Shown in pieces: positions 9,652 through 22,600 of a stretch of 64,000 bases of DNA. Source of the stretch: a virus. Made by a program: the position numbers and the translations under genes. The stretch spans positions 1 to 64,000 of IMG/VR virus record IMGVR_UViG_3300023171_000008. One strand, written 5' to 3'. The first letter of the stretch is position 1. Every line of letters starts with the position of its first letter. A model generated the notes under the pieces. That model saw only the letters and a program-made list of their open reading frames with translations. It was not told where the DNA came from and did no database searches.

Positions 9652-9934
9652 AATAGTAGAATCTGTAATACAACAATTTCAACAACGATCTGAACTAGGT
9701 ATTAAGAAATATGGTACTACACTGGAAGATAATAATTCTGATGATTTCTTACAACATGCAATTGAAGAAGCTATGGATTTTATATTATATTTAACTAAAA
9801 TTAAATTTATATTGAGAGAAAAAGGTTTAGATAAATTGCAAGATATTGAAAGTAATTATAATCCAATAGGAAAATCAGATTATAAGAAATTTAAAATGGA
9901 ATTATTTAATCGAGAAGATAGACGAAGAATTTGA
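9641..9934 (+). CDS. All-alpha (MazG/dUTPase-like) nucleotide pyrophosphatase-like protein
   Basis: RSELGIKKYG...LQHAIEEAMDFILY. Confidence 0.55.
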   Translation: MKDKIVESVIQQFQQRSELGIKKYGTTLEDNNSDDFLQHAIEEAMDFILYLTKIKFILREKGLDKLQDIESNYNPIGKSDYKKFKMELFNREDRRRI

Positions 9935-11022
9935 GTAAAATAGATAAAAGTTATCATAATCTTCTGGACGAAATACTTCAGAAGGGTTATTGGTATGATG
10001 ATCCAAAACGTAAAGATGTTAATCGACTAGAAATTGGTAGTTATACATTTAAACATGATTTTAAAGATGGATTTCCTATACTTACAACTAAGAAAATTAA
10101 TTATAATAATATTATTACTGAATTATTATGGTTCTTAAAAGGTAATACTAATATTAAATATTTATTAGATAACGGTTGTAATATATGGAATAAAGATGCT
10201 TATAGTTACTTTTGGAAATTTAGAAAAACAGATAAGTTATCTTTTGGAGAATTTAAAGATGAAATTGTAATTGGTAACTTAGAGTATAAAGGAAATATTT
10301 GGACTAATAATGAAAATTATATTCTCGGTGATTTAGGACCTATATATGGACATCAATGGAGAAATTTTAATGGTATAGATCAAATATCTAATCTTATTAC
10401 TAATCTTAAGAATCAACCTTTAGCTACAGATCACATAGTTAATAGTTGGAATGTTTCAGATTTAGATAAAATGGCTTTACCACCGTGTCATTATGGATTT
10501 CAGATAATTGTAAAACCTTTAGGAGATGCTGAAAAATATTTTTATAATAATTTAAATTATATGAAATCTCTAGATTATGATGAAGATTATAAACATGATT
10601 ATTCACGTTTTAAAAAGTATGTAAATAAAAATAGTATTATTAAATATGGATTTGAATTACATTGGCAACAACGTTCAGTAGATACATTTCTTGGATTGCC
10701 TTATAATATAGCAAGTTATGCAACGTTAGCTTTAATAATTGAGAAATTAACTGGTTATAAAGCTTTAGGTATTCAAGGAGATTTAAAGAAAGTTCATTTA
10801 TATGACAATAGTATTAATGCTGTTAAAGAACAGTTAACTAGAGATACTGATAAATACAATAAATGTGAATTAAAATTTGATAATCCAAGTTATAAATCTT
10901 CAGTAGATTGGATTAAGTTGGATATTGATGCTTTTTTAGATGAATTATATCCTGAATATTTTGAATTAAAAGATTATGAATCATATCCACATATTAAAGT
11001 AGAAATGTTAGAAAGACAATGA
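9931..11022 (+). CDS. thyA: Thymidylate synthase
   Basis: ELLWFLKG, GPIYGHQWR, MALPPCH, QRSVD, PYNIASY, HLY. Confidence 0.95.
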   Translation: MSKIDKSYHNLLDEILQKGYWYDDPKRKDVNRLEIGSYTFKHDFKDGFPILTTKKINYNNIITELLWFLKGNTNIKYLLDNGCNIWNKDAYSYFWKFRKTDKLSFGEFKDEIVIGNLEYKGNIWTNNENYILGDLGPIYGHQWRNFNGIDQISNLITNLKNQPLATDHIVNSWNVSDLDKMALPPCHYGFQIIVKPLGDAEKYFYNNLNYMKSLDYDEDYKHDYSRFKKYVNKNSIIKYGFELHWQQRSVDTFLGLPYNIASYATLALIIEKLTGYKALGIQGDLKKVHLYDNSINAVKEQLTRDTDKYNKCELKFDNPSYKSSVDWIKLDIDAFLDELYPEYFELKDYESYPHIKVEMLERQ

Positions 11023-11186
11023 ATAAAAAATATATAGATATTAAAGGTGTTGTAGAATTACCTGATAAATATTCATTTAATCAAGCTATTGATGATTTTT
11101 TAAAATATTTGAGAAATAGAGATTGTACATTTGGTGGAGGATTTGTAGAAATTGATGAAAATGGTAATGAAATAGATAATCTATGA
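11019..11186 (+). CDS. Small hypothetical protein (55 aa, not in ORF track)
   Basis: ATGA overlap with the thyA stop; MNKKYIDIKGVVELPDK...IDNL*. Confidence 0.55.
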   Translation: MNKKYIDIKGVVELPDKYSFNQAIDDFLKYLRNRDCTFGGGFVEIDENGNEIDNL

Positions 11187-11341
11187 AGACAGTAGTAATG
11201 AAATTTCATAATGAAGAATTATATTATGAATTAATAGAACAGATTAAAATATCATTAGGTAAAGAGAAGGCTGTTGGTAAAATGAATATTGAATATGAAA
11301 ATGATGAAGAATTAGTTGTTAATATAATTGATAGAATATGA
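11183..11341 (+). CDS. Small hypothetical protein (52 aa, not in ORF track)
   Basis: ATGA overlaps at both ends; MKTVVMKFHNEEL...IDRI*. Confidence 0.55.
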   Translation: MKTVVMKFHNEELYYELIEQIKISLGKEKAVGKMNIEYENDEELVVNIIDRI

Positions 11342-11652
11342 ATAGAGAATCAGTAGAATTATCTGAACATTATTTAAGATCTTTACTTGATGAAGATTAT
11401 GAAGGATATATTGAAGATGAAGAATTTGAATATGATTTTGTTTCTGATGAAATAGATAATTACGATTTGGATAAATCATATGAAGACCATGAAGTAATTA
11501 TTAAAAGAAATCTAGATAATAAATATTTTAAATTTGATTATTCAAGTTCCTCTTATCATGATTTATTTTCAGATGGAATGGGATGGGAAGGATTTCCTAA
11601 AAAAGTATATGAAGTATTTCCTAAAACAATAACAAAAGTAATATATGAATAA
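11338..11652 (+). CDS. Acidic hypothetical protein
   Basis: 104-aa D/E-rich ORF ending EVFPKTITKVIYE. Confidence 0.6.
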   Translation: MNRESVELSEHYLRSLLDEDYEGYIEDEEFEYDFVSDEIDNYDLDKSYEDHEVIIKRNLDNKYFKFDYSSSSYHDLFSDGMGWEGFPKKVYEVFPKTITKVIYE

Positions 11653-11917
11653 ATATACAATTAACAAAGTTGATTTTGGTGATATATTTAATTATGCTAA
11701 AGAAAAATTTGGTATTGAATGGAATCCTGCTAACGATATGTTTTTTCATGGTAGTTTAGAATATAAATCATACAATGAATATGATTTAGGAGAACCTTTA
11801 GAATATATAGAAGATAAACCTTATGAAGAATTATCTATTACAGATAAAGGGTATTATATAATTAATCAATTTATGATTGATAATAATGTAGATAGTATAT
11901 TTATAGATAATAATTAA
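11645..11917 (+). CDS. Hypothetical protein
   Basis: 90-aa ORF. Confidence 0.6.
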   Translation: MNKYTINKVDFGDIFNYAKEKFGIEWNPANDMFFHGSLEYKSYNEYDLGEPLEYIEDKPYEELSITDKGYYIINQFMIDNNVDSIFIDNN

Positions 11918-11926
11918 AAATAATAT

Positions 11927-12148
11927 ATGAAAAATATAAATATTAAAAGTACTGTAATTAAAAATATACAGTATGATGAAGTTCGTAAAGATCTTAAAGT
12001 TAATTTTAATTCAGGTAAAGAATATATTTATACACCTGTATCTAATGAATTCTTTAATAAATTAAATAAATCTACAAGTAAAGGTAAATTCTTTAATGAA
12101 AATATTAGAGATAATCAAGCATTAACTTGTTTAAAATTGATTAAATAA
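11927..12148 (+). CDS. KTSC domain protein
   Basis: STVIKNIQYD...LKVNFNSGKEYIY..V....F......SKGKFFNENIR. Confidence 0.85.
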   Translation: MKNINIKSTVIKNIQYDEVRKDLKVNFNSGKEYIYTPVSNEFFNKLNKSTSKGKFFNENIRDNQALTCLKLIK

Positions 12149-12504
12149 TGTTAGGAGAAATAAAAAAACTAAATGAACAAAAAGAAGAATTAAAATCCAA
12201 ACTTAGATTGTATGTTAAGGATAAAACAATTTCTTTAGACAATCGTTGGAACTGTTTTATAGAATCTAAATTAGGAATTAATAGTCCTTACATTGAAAGA
12301 TTTGATTGTAAAGTAGGTAAAGAATACTTAAATACAAGAGAACAACGATATGAAACTCATGATGTTCAAGATATTATGGATTGGTTAGAAGATTTAGAGT
12401 TAGATGAAGAATTATCTACTTATAATATAAATAAAGAAGATATTATAGAATTTCAAGAAAAAGTATTAGATAAATTTATTTTCTCTTATAAATTTGACTG
12501 GTAA
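12148..12504 (+). CDS. Hypothetical protein
   Basis: 118-aa ORF, last gene of the + arm. Confidence 0.6.
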   Translation: MLGEIKKLNEQKEELKSKLRLYVKDKTISLDNRWNCFIESKLGINSPYIERFDCKVGKEYLNTREQRYETHDVQDIMDWLEDLELDEELSTYNINKEDIIEFQEKVLDKFIFSYKFDW

Positions 12505-12522
12505 TGAATATTAATTAAATGC

Positions 12523-12571
12523 AAAAAGCCACATACGACCAATTAAGGTTATATGTGGCTTTAATTTTTTT
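12523..12571. terminator. Bidirectional intrinsic terminator between convergent arms
   Basis: AAAGCCACATAcGACC-aattaa-GGTTaTATGTGGCTTT flanked by A- and T-tracts. Confidence 0.8.
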
Positions 12572-12583
12572 AAGACCCTAAAG

Positions 12584-15500
12584 TTACTTCCCGAACGAAC
12601 TATTAAGTCCATTATATAACTCTTGTGAAGTTACATCTAATTTACTTACTATTGGAAATAATTTTTCATATGCTCTGACTATTTTTAAATCACCTTTACG
12701 TTTACCAGATTCATATTCATCATTCCAATTCCAAGGTGTAACTGTTTGACTAATTACATCCATAGATTGTTCTATAATTCTTAATGACGGTATTGGAGAT
12801 TTAGTAATTTTAGTTGCTTCACGTGGATCTCTAAACTGTGCTAATTCTGATTCTAATCGTCTTGATAAGAATGCAACTGACCATAGATAACTATCATCAT
12901 CGTCTCCAGCAGCTCCTGCAGCAAGTAATCCTATCAGAGGTAATATTGCTCCAGTAATAGATAATTCTACAACAGAACGTCTTATATTACCTTTCTGAGT
13001 ATCTGTAAGTTCATTCCAGTTCTGTCTTAGTATATCATACTTAAGTTGTTTTAATGCAGGATAAACTCCATTACGTAAAAATCGTATAGCTGATACATAA
13101 TAACCTTCCTCATAGTCTTGTAATGATGCTGAGTAGAATTTATCATCTTCATCTAATTGATCATACGATTTAAATGCTTTAGATATACCTCTATATCTTG
13201 CATAAGCTTGCGGTATTAAATATCTTCTAAACATTAACATCATTTTACCCCACCAATGACGATATGCTTCAGGTTGAAGATTACTATCATAGTTACCCAT
13301 TGTATCAAATAACTTTTTCTTTACAAATAATAATATTTGAGATTTACCACCTTCATTTATTTTTGTAGTATAATTCTTATCTGAATAAACAACTTTTTTA
13401 TCTAATTCTAAATAGCCTTGATCATTCTTAGATAACATATCTAATATAGAAGCAGCTTTATCTTGACTAGTTACATTACCATTTTTATCAATATAGTTAT
13501 TAGATTTATCCATTACTTTAATAGAATCTAATGTAGCCATTACCATTACAGATTGTAAATAATGTTCACCACCTTCATGCATAAATTGTAATGAACCAAA
13601 ATCAGCACTAGTCTTAGCAACAGTATTTCTAATAAACTCTTGTTGCTTAACTGTAAATCCACCAAAAGTATCAAACATTTGATTAACTTGATTTACAAAT
13701 GATTCTTTAATAGGTTTACCATAATCAGACATTATATTAGGTATATCTGAATTATACTTTTTATGAGCTTTAAGTATAGCTCCTTTGGTTAAATGATTAC
13801 CTGCTACTTTTTCTAAGAATATTTGTGCTTGACCATTTAGTAAGTTAGCTGCTGCAGAAAATTTATTTAATGATAATCCTACAGAAGCAGTCCATCCATT
13901 AGCAGTTGAAATAAGTTTATTAACATCTACTCCAGCAATAGTACCATAATTAATATGAAATATATCATAAAGATTCTTATCTATCATATTAGTAATCATC
14001 TTATATTCATTAGATTGAATACCCCTTTGAGTAGCATATTTCTCTCTAGTAGTAAATATGTTTAATATTGGAATACCTGAACCTTTTTGAGTTAAATAAT
14101 ATTCTTTATTTTTAGCAATATTTTTAATAGCTTCAACTTTTAATTGAATAGATTGTTTTTCACTAAAATTAATACCATTAATACGTTCTAATCTCATTAT
14201 AGTAAACAAATCTAATGATTGTTGAGAAGGACTTAAATCACCTCTATAATGTACTTTTAAGAAATTAACTGGATCACCTTTACTATCTAATCTCTTTTCT
14301 TCATAACCAATATCATCAGGTCTAATAGTAAATAAATCATCTTTAATATCTTTAAATATTTCACTACTATTACCTTCTAATATCCTTTCTAAATAACTAT
14401 TAGTTACAGATGGTAGATTATAAAATGTTATTCCTCTAAATGACTCTAATAAACTATTTCTACCTAATGTTTCAGTATTAACTGTAGTAATAATATCTTT
14501 AAACTTAGTTAATATAGATTGTTCAGTAGCAGATAATGTACCTTTATTCTTCCATTTATCTATAGGAATATAACCATTTAAAGTTTTAGTAGTGTTAGCT
14601 CTTAACCATTTAGTTAAAGCATCTTTAGATTTCTTAAATTCTTCAGAGTTTTTACCATGTTTGGCTAAATTATCATTCTTAGTGTTATTTAATTTACGAT
14701 ATTCTTCTCTAAATTTAATTGAATAGTCACCTTTTAAATAAGCTTTACCAGTACTATCATAGTCTAATATATTTTTATACAATTCAGATGGTTTTTTATT
14801 ACCTTTTTCCTTAATTAATTTATTAAACAATTCTTTTAATTCAAAATCAGACTGTCTAGTACGTTCAATAGTTCGTTCTCTAGCTTCTGTAAACATTTGC
14901 ATAGTTATTTGAACTAACCTACTATTATTATTAATACCATCTAAGAATGTAACTGCTGCAGAAGATATATCTGTACCAATACCGTCTAGTAAATTATTCA
15001 CATATGCGTTAACATCATCTGTAATAGTATCTTTATATGTAGTATTCATTTCATTAGATACCCATTCAGATTGTGATTTATTAGTAATAGCTCTATCTTT
15101 ATACTCCTTATTAAGTTTATTTCTCCAATCAGTAGCTACTTGAGGTGTATATTTAATATCAGATAATTCTTTACGAAGTATTTGTGATAGTTTAGCGTTA
15201 AAATCTTCTTCTAATACAGAATGTTTACCAGATGCTTCAGTTATATCATCCTTAATAATCTTAATATCTTCTATACCTATTTCAGCTATTTTATCATCTT
15301 CTAATGAAGATATAAGTTTACGTACATCATCTATTAAATCATATGATGATAAATAACTTTTATACAATTCAATAGTTTCTAAACCATCTCCTTTAGTTAA
15401 ATCTGTAGTAGCTAATCTGTTAGATAAATCTGTAACTGTTTTAACCATTGATTTAACATATATTGAAATACCTTTCCATTGATTAATCTTATCAACTTTA

Positions 15501-16600
15501 GCAATTTCACCAATTAATTCTTGTATATGTTTCTCAAATGCTTCACCTTTAGATTGATTATTCTTTTTAAAAGTTTTACTACGTTTAAGTAATTGATCTA
15601 AATTATCTTTAGCTTTATTTAATGTATAAGTTAATCTATCTTCAACAGATTCTATTTTAGGCTTAAGTGGTTTCTCTTTACTAAATATGTTAGATTGACC
15701 TTTAACACCTTTAAATGAAATTTGATCTGATTCTACAACTTTAACTATTTCATTAATTAATTTAGTATATTCATTATTTTTAGCTAAACCAAATAATCTA
15801 CGTACAGCATCTATTAATTTATTCCAAAATGATTTATCTATTAATTCTACTTCTCTTTGAAAATCTACATTAGAATATAATTCTGCTACAAATTCCATTG
15901 GATTAGTAAAACCATATGATAAATTACCAAAACTATCAGGAGATGCTAATTGAACAAACTTATCGAAGTTATCATTAATTAATTTATTAAATTCAACTTC
16001 TTCAAATGTAGTAGGATTAATTAAAGCTTTACCTGATTGACTATGTGCTACTTCATGTAGAAATACACTAATCATAGTTTCAGGAGTTTCTGTAGATAAT
16101 ATATTTCTATCAATCTGGATACTATTGTTAGTATCAGTCCATTGCATTAAAGCAGTAGAACTATCTAATTTATTAACAAATTGAATACTTACTCCAGATT
16201 TACCAACTAAATTTCTAGCTTTAGATATTAATTGTTTAGTATTATCACTTAAAGCATCATAATTATTAACTATATTATTTAATATTTCATCAGTGGTAAT
16301 TTTACCTTGCTTATTACCAAATAATACAAAACTATTAATTGCTCTATAATCTACTTCTTTAACTACATCTTGGTTATCTTCTTCAAACCATTCTAATTGT
16401 TCAGATTTATTAGAAGTTAATCTATTAAAATCAATAGAAGTGTTAGTATCTTGATTAACATCTTCAACTGTAGGAAATTTATCTAAACCATTAATATCTT
16501 GATATTTACTAATTCGCATTTCTAATAAGAGTGAAGGAAGCTTAGTAGCTTCCAACAACTCTATGAATTCATTACTCGCTGTATTGATACAGTTCTTCAT
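12584..16600 (-). CDS. Large virion cargo/ejection protein with N-terminal zincin-like metallopeptidase domain
   Basis: FLHEVAH and downstream EFVAE; hydrophobic segment near the C-terminus; position after the vRNAP gene as in crAss-like phages. Confidence 0.75.
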   Translation of the reverse strand: MKNCINTASNEFIELLEATKLPSLLLEMRISKYQDINGLDKFPTVEDVNQDTNTSIDFNRLTSNKSEQLEWFEEDNQDVVKEVDYRAINSFVLFGNKQGKITTDEILNNIVNNYDALSDNTKQLISKARNLVGKSGVSIQFVNKLDSSTALMQWTDTNNSIQIDRNILSTETPETMISVFLHEVAHSQSGKALINPTTFEEVEFNKLINDNFDKFVQLASPDSFGNLSYGFTNPMEFVAELYSNVDFQREVELIDKSFWNKLIDAVRRLFGLAKNNEYTKLINEIVKVVESDQISFKGVKGQSNIFSKEKPLKPKIESVEDRLTYTLNKAKDNLDQLLKRSKTFKKNNQSKGEAFEKHIQELIGEIAKVDKINQWKGISIYVKSMVKTVTDLSNRLATTDLTKGDGLETIELYKSYLSSYDLIDDVRKLISSLEDDKIAEIGIEDIKIIKDDITEASGKHSVLEEDFNAKLSQILRKELSDIKYTPQVATDWRNKLNKEYKDRAITNKSQSEWVSNEMNTTYKDTITDDVNAYVNNLLDGIGTDISSAAVTFLDGINNNSRLVQITMQMFTEARERTIERTRQSDFELKELFNKLIKEKGNKKPSELYKNILDYDSTGKAYLKGDYSIKFREEYRKLNNTKNDNLAKHGKNSEEFKKSKDALTKWLRANTTKTLNGYIPIDKWKNKGTLSATEQSILTKFKDIITTVNTETLGRNSLLESFRGITFYNLPSVTNSYLERILEGNSSEIFKDIKDDLFTIRPDDIGYEEKRLDSKGDPVNFLKVHYRGDLSPSQQSLDLFTIMRLERINGINFSEKQSIQLKVEAIKNIAKNKEYYLTQKGSGIPILNIFTTREKYATQRGIQSNEYKMITNMIDKNLYDIFHINYGTIAGVDVNKLISTANGWTASVGLSLNKFSAAANLLNGQAQIFLEKVAGNHLTKGAILKAHKKYNSDIPNIMSDYGKPIKESFVNQVNQMFDTFGGFTVKQQEFIRNTVAKTSADFGSLQFMHEGGEHYLQSVMVMATLDSIKVMDKSNNYIDKNGNVTSQDKAASILDMLSKNDQGYLELDKKVVYSDKNYTTKINEGGKSQILLFVKKKLFDTMGNYDSNLQPEAYRHWWGKMMLMFRRYLIPQAYARYRGISKAFKSYDQLDEDDKFYSASLQDYEEGYYVSAIRFLRNGVYPALKQLKYDILRQNWNELTDTQKGNIRRSVVELSITGAILPLIGLLAAGAAGDDDDSYLWSVAFLSRRLESELAQFRDPREATKITKSPIPSLRIIEQSMDVISQTVTPWNWNDEYESGKRKGDLKIVRAYEKLFPIVSKLDVTSQELYNGLNSSFGK

Positions 16601-19600
16601 TTATTTACATTTTTTAATATAGTCTTCGATATATTCTTGACCAAATTCATTTAACATACTATTATATAGTTCTTCAGTAATACCATTAGATTCAAAAAGT
16701 TCTTTATTTTGTTCAAATAAACTAAACTCTTCAGTTACATCATTATTATAATCTTGTCTATAGAAATGATCTCTAGGATATACTACAGTATTATTTAACT
16801 CATTATAGTAGTTAGTATCAATTAAATTAGTTATATCGTTAGAAGCTTTTAAAATAAGTCCTTCAGTATTGTAATTAACTATTTTATTACCTTTTCTATC
16901 TCTAATATTAAGAGGTTTAATATCAACTAATTCACCATTAATATTAGGAGTAAATCTACTATAAATTGCTTTTAACTGATTATCATAACCTAATAATTTA
17001 TAATAAACATCTGTAGTTAAACCACTACTAGGATCTTCTAATTGTCTAACAGTAAAATATCCAGCTTTACCTTTATCATTTAATTTAAATCCTTTGTTAA
17101 GATTATTAAATGAAGATTTAGTATCTATCTTATAAGGTAAAGTAATTTTAACTAATCGTTTATTAAATATTTCAGACATAAATATTTGATCTATAAAATT
17201 ATCAACATTACTATTCTGATTAGTATATTCATTAGATTGATCAATTATAAATCTATTAATCTTATTCTGTTGAAACCATTGATAAGGTATATAAGTATAA
17301 AATTGACTTATATTCATTGCAAATCCTGAAGTAAAATAACTATACTTAATAAGATCATTTGCAAACTCTGGTTCATCAATTAATAAATCAGACCATGAAT
17401 TAGTTAAATTCTCTTCAAATTCTATAGATTTCTTTCTATTACTTAATCCTACATATTCTAACTTACCTTCTCCAGGTCTAACAGATAGTTCATCTATTAT
17501 ACTGTACAAACCTTTATTAGACTCTTTAAAAGTTTTAAATTGTTTAGGAAATTGATTTAATAGAGTTCTACGTTCTTCAATAGATATTTGAAATGGTTGA
17601 AATCCTGACATTGTATAACTATAGAAATGTTTTTCTAATGTGGTACCAAGATTTGGATCAATTAATATATCACCATTAATACTATGAGATATTTCGTTAA
17701 ATGTACTTTGAACTACTGGATTAGCAGATAAGAATAATTTAGGATTAGCTTGTACTATATCTAAAGTCTTTAATATAACATTATTATAGTATTTACTAAA
17801 CATACTTTCAGTACCATTAGGATTACTAAACTTAGATTTAAATCCTGTTATAATATTACCTTTAAAATCTTCATCATAAGCAGATTGATCTTCTTTAAAC
17901 ATTATACTGTCAACTAAGTTTTTAGCAATTTGTAACTGTGTTACATCTTTACCCATACCATTAACCATAAACTTAGATGCGTCAATGTTAGTTTTAATAG
18001 CTTTAGAGGCATTTTGATACCTTAAGAAGTCATTAAATACTTTAGCTTGAAATTCTACATTAGGATTAACTATATTCTTACGTATAGTCTCTAAACTATT
18101 ATTCTCTATAATGTTATATAAAGATGGAAAGAATATTTGTGAATGTGTGTTAGTTAATAATTCAGTAACTTGTCTAATTTGATTAACTTCTGCAGGAGAT
18201 AATGTTATACCACCTAAACCTAAAGTATTAAGAATATTAGATTGTGTAAAATTGTTATTACCTTTTTTAACATCTTTAGCTCTATCTTGTTTAATATCTT
18301 TAGTAGTGAATAGTTTATCGTATAATACATTTAAATCAATGTATTTATCTCTTAAACTTAAACTACTAGTTAATTGTTCTTTTACATACTCTTTTCTAAA
18401 CTGATCTCTAGTATCTAATGACTGTAAAGATGATTGTTCATATTGTTCAGTAAAAGTAATATATTTAGATATGATAGGTTGAGCTAAGAATGCGTTAACA
18501 TAAAATGGATGTACACCTTTACGTAATAATAAATTACCTGTATTAGTAGTCATACTTACCCAGTTACCTTCAGTAATATAAGGATCTTTAGCTATATCAA
18601 CAAACGCATTTAGAATTGCTGATAATGAATGAGATATTTTAATTTTTTTTAGATCCTGAACTTCATCGTCACTTATATTAAGTTGTTTTTGATAATATTT
18701 TAAATCTTTATCATCTAATGATTCAGAATATTCTTCATCTAAATTAATATTACCTTTATCAATATTAAAGTTAGTGATACCTAAATCTCCTAATGTACCT
18801 AATACATAATCAATTAAAGCATTAGCTTCTTGACCAACACCCGCTTTACCAGCTAAGAAACTATATTTAACATCTATATCTGCTAATGGATCAAATAAAC
18901 TTAAGTTAGATATAGGTTTCTGTTTGAATATACTTCTAATATCATTCTTAATATGATCAAAGTCAATAGGAGTCATTACTTCCTTAATAACTTGTTCATT
19001 AGTAAGAACTGCTTTATATAATTCAATTAATCTATTTTGTAAAGCACCAATACTTTGTTCACTATCAGATACTTCATTATTGTAACTATCGTATACAAGT
19101 TTACCATCTTCTAAATGATAGGTTGGAAACATCATATACATTTTATCAATATCGAAGTCACTACCTGTCTTAGTAGTAATACCTGTATAGGCTACAACTG
19201 TATCTCCATTTTCTTCTGGAAGTATACCTACTATTTCTAAAGCATCATTAGACGAAAGTCCTTGATTAGGAATACGATAACCTATTATATTCTCTTGTAT
19301 TTTCCTATCAATTATTTCATCAAACAATTGTTGTGGTGTATATTTTCTATAATCTGGAATATATTTAGCTATAAATGATCCTGATAACAATATACCACCT
19401 GGTCTAACTATTCTTTTACCGTTTTCAGATAATATAAATTCACCATTGTCATCTTTAAGAAATTGTGGTTCATGTGTAGTAGATAATGCTCTAGGACTCC
19501 ATATAACACCTTGTGATTCAGCATTATCTTTAGTAAGACCAAAGTTACTCATTTGAATAAATGATCCACCATTAGTCTTAATTTTAAGTACACGTTTATT

Positions 19601-22600
19601 AACTATAGATGCAAATATATTCTGAAGTTTAGATTGAGCTTGTGGTATTCCATAAATAGAAGTTTCAGATTCTAAAGCATTAATTACATTAGTTGAACCA
19701 CCTCGTTCTCTTAATTCATCAGCAATAGTTGAATAAAATCTTTCTACATTAGTAATAATATTATTATTATCAACTCCAAATTCTTTATTAAGTTTAGATA
19801 AACCTCTATTAGATAATTCTCCAACAGTATTAGCTATTTGTTCAAGTACTTGATCTCCAGTAATTTCATTATTATCTAAATTAAATAATTCATTACGATG
19901 AAATGCTAATCCTTGAAATATATTCTTTTGTATTTGACTACCTACTTCAGTTTCTTTAAATGTTTTAACTGGTAAATCTTGTTGTAACTTCCAACCATTA
20001 GAAGGAATATTCATTACATTAAATTTAACATTATCTAAAACATTACCATTATCATCATGAACTTTACTAGGTTGTACAGATCCAACTTTAATAGCATCAA
20101 ATGTAACTAATTCATCTATAGACTGATTAATCATTTGATTATAAATCTTTTCAAGACCATTACCTTTACGTAATCTTGGAGATAATACTGCTTGAGAATA
20201 CTTAAGAAATACTGGTTTACCATTAACTAATTGAAAATACACACCTTTAACTGGTGGTGCAACTTTCTTAAGTTCTTCAACAGTAAATGGTTCTGTATTA
20301 TTACCTAATAGCTTCTGATAAGATGATTCATAAATATTGTTCCATTTACCTAATGATTGAAATATATTTTTCCATCGTTGTGGAGTTATCCAAGCTTGAG
20401 CATCTGCAGAATTAATCTTCTTATAACTGTCAGCTACATCTTTACCAACTAATTCAGTTAATTCATCTAAAAATGGTGTAGCTATTTCAATACTTTCAGT
20501 TACAGCAATATTATAATCTTTATTAATATCGTTAAGTCGTAGTTGTAAACCATCTGTATATGTAGCAGGAACACGTTTTTTATAATCAACTCCGTTCTTA
20601 TAGTAAGCAATATCACCACTAAACATTTTAGAATATTCAACATGAGATATAATAGAATTAATATAAAAGTCAGAAGCTGCTTTTAATGCATTATCTGTTT
20701 GATAATTATTCCATATTTTACTATCTAATGTTTTATTAATGTATTCACCATTAATCAATTCAAAAACTCCTTGATTAACTAAATTATCTAAAGTACCTTT
20801 AATATTATTAGACAGTTGATTATTAATATACTTTAATAAAGCATTCTTAATCTTAGGATTGTTTAAATCACTATAAGAAGTTTCATTAGTTAAATTACCA
20901 TTATTATCTCTATTATATATAGAAGTAATTAAAGTCTTTTCTTCAATAGTTAAATCCTTTAATGAGTTATCTATTTGATCGAATGATAATGATGGAAATA
21001 TTTGAGATTTAAATGCATGACCTTGACCTAAATGATAATAAACTGATAATTTATCTTCATTGGTAGGGTCGTTCATAAACTCTCTTTCAAACTTCATTCG
21101 TTTATATTCTGAATTAAAGTATTCAAATATAACTTCTGATGCAGATTGATTAATAATTATATTATTATTTTCATCACGTCTAGCATTAGTTAAGTGATTT
21201 CTAGCAATATATAATTCATATTGTGTACCTTTATCTGCAGGAGTAGTAGTTCTATAATATGATTTACTATTTTTTATAAAACCTAATACTTTATTAACTG
21301 TATCAGATATATAGGTAGCTTTATCTACAGATTTATTATCTAAACCTTCATTAGCATTTTCATCTTCTTGTACAACATTAAATGAAGCTAATTCTAATTC
21401 ATTAATACGACGTTTAGATTCTTCAATACGTTCTTGTTCAGCTAGTGTTAGATCTATGTATTCATTAATTTGATAAGTATCTCCTAATGCTAATAAATAC
21501 TTCATCCAGTCAGAACCTTGATTATATTTAGAAATCTCATAATGATTTAATAATAAATTTCTATTCTTCTGCCATGATTTAATTTTACTAGATAAATATG
21601 ATGGATATGAATATACCCACTTTTGCTTACCTGCTGTAAATACTGATGAATCTGAACCTTCAGATATATAAAATGCTTCAGCTCTAGCTATATCTCTAAA
21701 TATAGATTGATCATTTAATATGTTATCATAATTAGTATTCTTATTATTAATAACATTATCAATGAAATAACCTAAATCTGTAATTGTATTATTTAATATT
21801 TTATTAGATAGTTCATTATCTTGATTAATTAATTCTAAGTTATCTAAGTAATGTTCAAATCCTTTAGAAGTAGTTTCAATACCTAGTTTTCTAAGTAAAG
21901 TTACTAATGCAGGAATATCTTTATTAAGTTTAATTTTAGTTAAATCATTTTTAAATCCTTTAATAATATCTCTATTACTAGGATTAATAATAATATTACC
22001 GTCAACTAATTCAGTATATCTAACTTTAAAATTATTATTCCATTGATTAAATACTTCAGTTTCTCTAGAACCTACATTAGCTACATTTAATACGTCATGA
22101 TTAACATTATTAACTGTTTCTTTACGTGTAATAATACTACCATCTGGTAACGTTTCTGCAGGTAATGTATTAACTTTAATTACATTCTTAGTAATTGAAG
22201 TATTAAATACATTTTTATCTAAATTAAATGCTTGTACAAATTCAGCTTTAATATTATTAGATAAATCTGGATTAGATAATAATCTATATAATTCTTTAAA
22301 ATAAGGTTTCTTATTAATTAATTTACTTACTTCTTCTTTATAAATATTAAATAAATCTTCTTGACCATCAATATCTAAAGCAATTTTACTATTTAAATTA
22401 TTTAATAAAGTTACATATATTTCATCAAAGTCTACATATACAACATCATTTAAAAATCTATCTTTTTCAGAAGTATCTTCAATTAATGACAATCTAAGTT
22501 TTACATTAGCAGATATATTATCTTTACTACTTCTTTCAAATGACGAATTCCCAAATCCAGGATCTTTCTCATTCTCAGATATTTCAATATTCTCTAATTC

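Noticed and set aside
9931-11022. dCMP/dUMP hydroxymethylase indicating modified DNA
   Set aside because: Retains the ThyA specificity Asn (PYNIASY) and canonical motifs; the insertions are in variable loops.
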